Source: Octopus sinensis
Taxonomy: Eukaryota
DNA: 64,000 bases
Reading direction: 5' to 3'
NCBI RefSeq assembly: GCF_006345805.1
Contig: NC_042997.1
Span: forward strand, 110,236,001 to 110,300,000
Positions within the stretch are counted from its first letter, which is position 1, and every line of letters starts with the position of its first letter. Under the pieces are notes generated by a model. The model was not told the DNA's origin and searched no databases. It saw only the letters and a program-made list of their open reading frames with translations. The translations under genes were made by a program, and so were the position numbers. Positions 63,941 through 64,000 of this stretch are shown piece by piece.

Positions 63941-64000
63941 TATATATATATATTAATCAAGAAAGTTCCAACTTAGTCTGATTTTCACGTTTTATATTTG

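Overview
Very repeat-rich, AT-rich animal DNA, most likely octopus. That assignment is inferred from the SINE families and the microsatellite load. No complete host gene is recognisable, and most ORFs in the track are translations of microsatellites. The window holds decayed LINEs (Tx1/L1, Hero, RTE, R4/Dong, CR1-like), Tc1/mariner relics, MITEs, many tRNA-derived SINEs and one 100-N scaffold gap. The main result is an unusual density of type-I hammerhead ribozyme (HHR) motifs from several unrelated families. (1) At 57645-60013 a ~560-bp unit is repeated five times, two copies one way and three the other. Each copy carries an intact minimal HHR with a palindromic stem III, which matches a retrozyme-like, circRNA-generating array. 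(2) Four or five MITE-like foldback elements are pairs of back-to-back, outward-facing HHRs. (3) One of these families has a compensatory G3:C8 core swap. (4) A tRNA-type Pol III head is joined to an HHR-bearing tail. Several LINE copies sit in specific microsatellites: (TATC)n, (TAA)n and (TACA)n. All structures were folded by eye and none has been tested computationally or experimentally.
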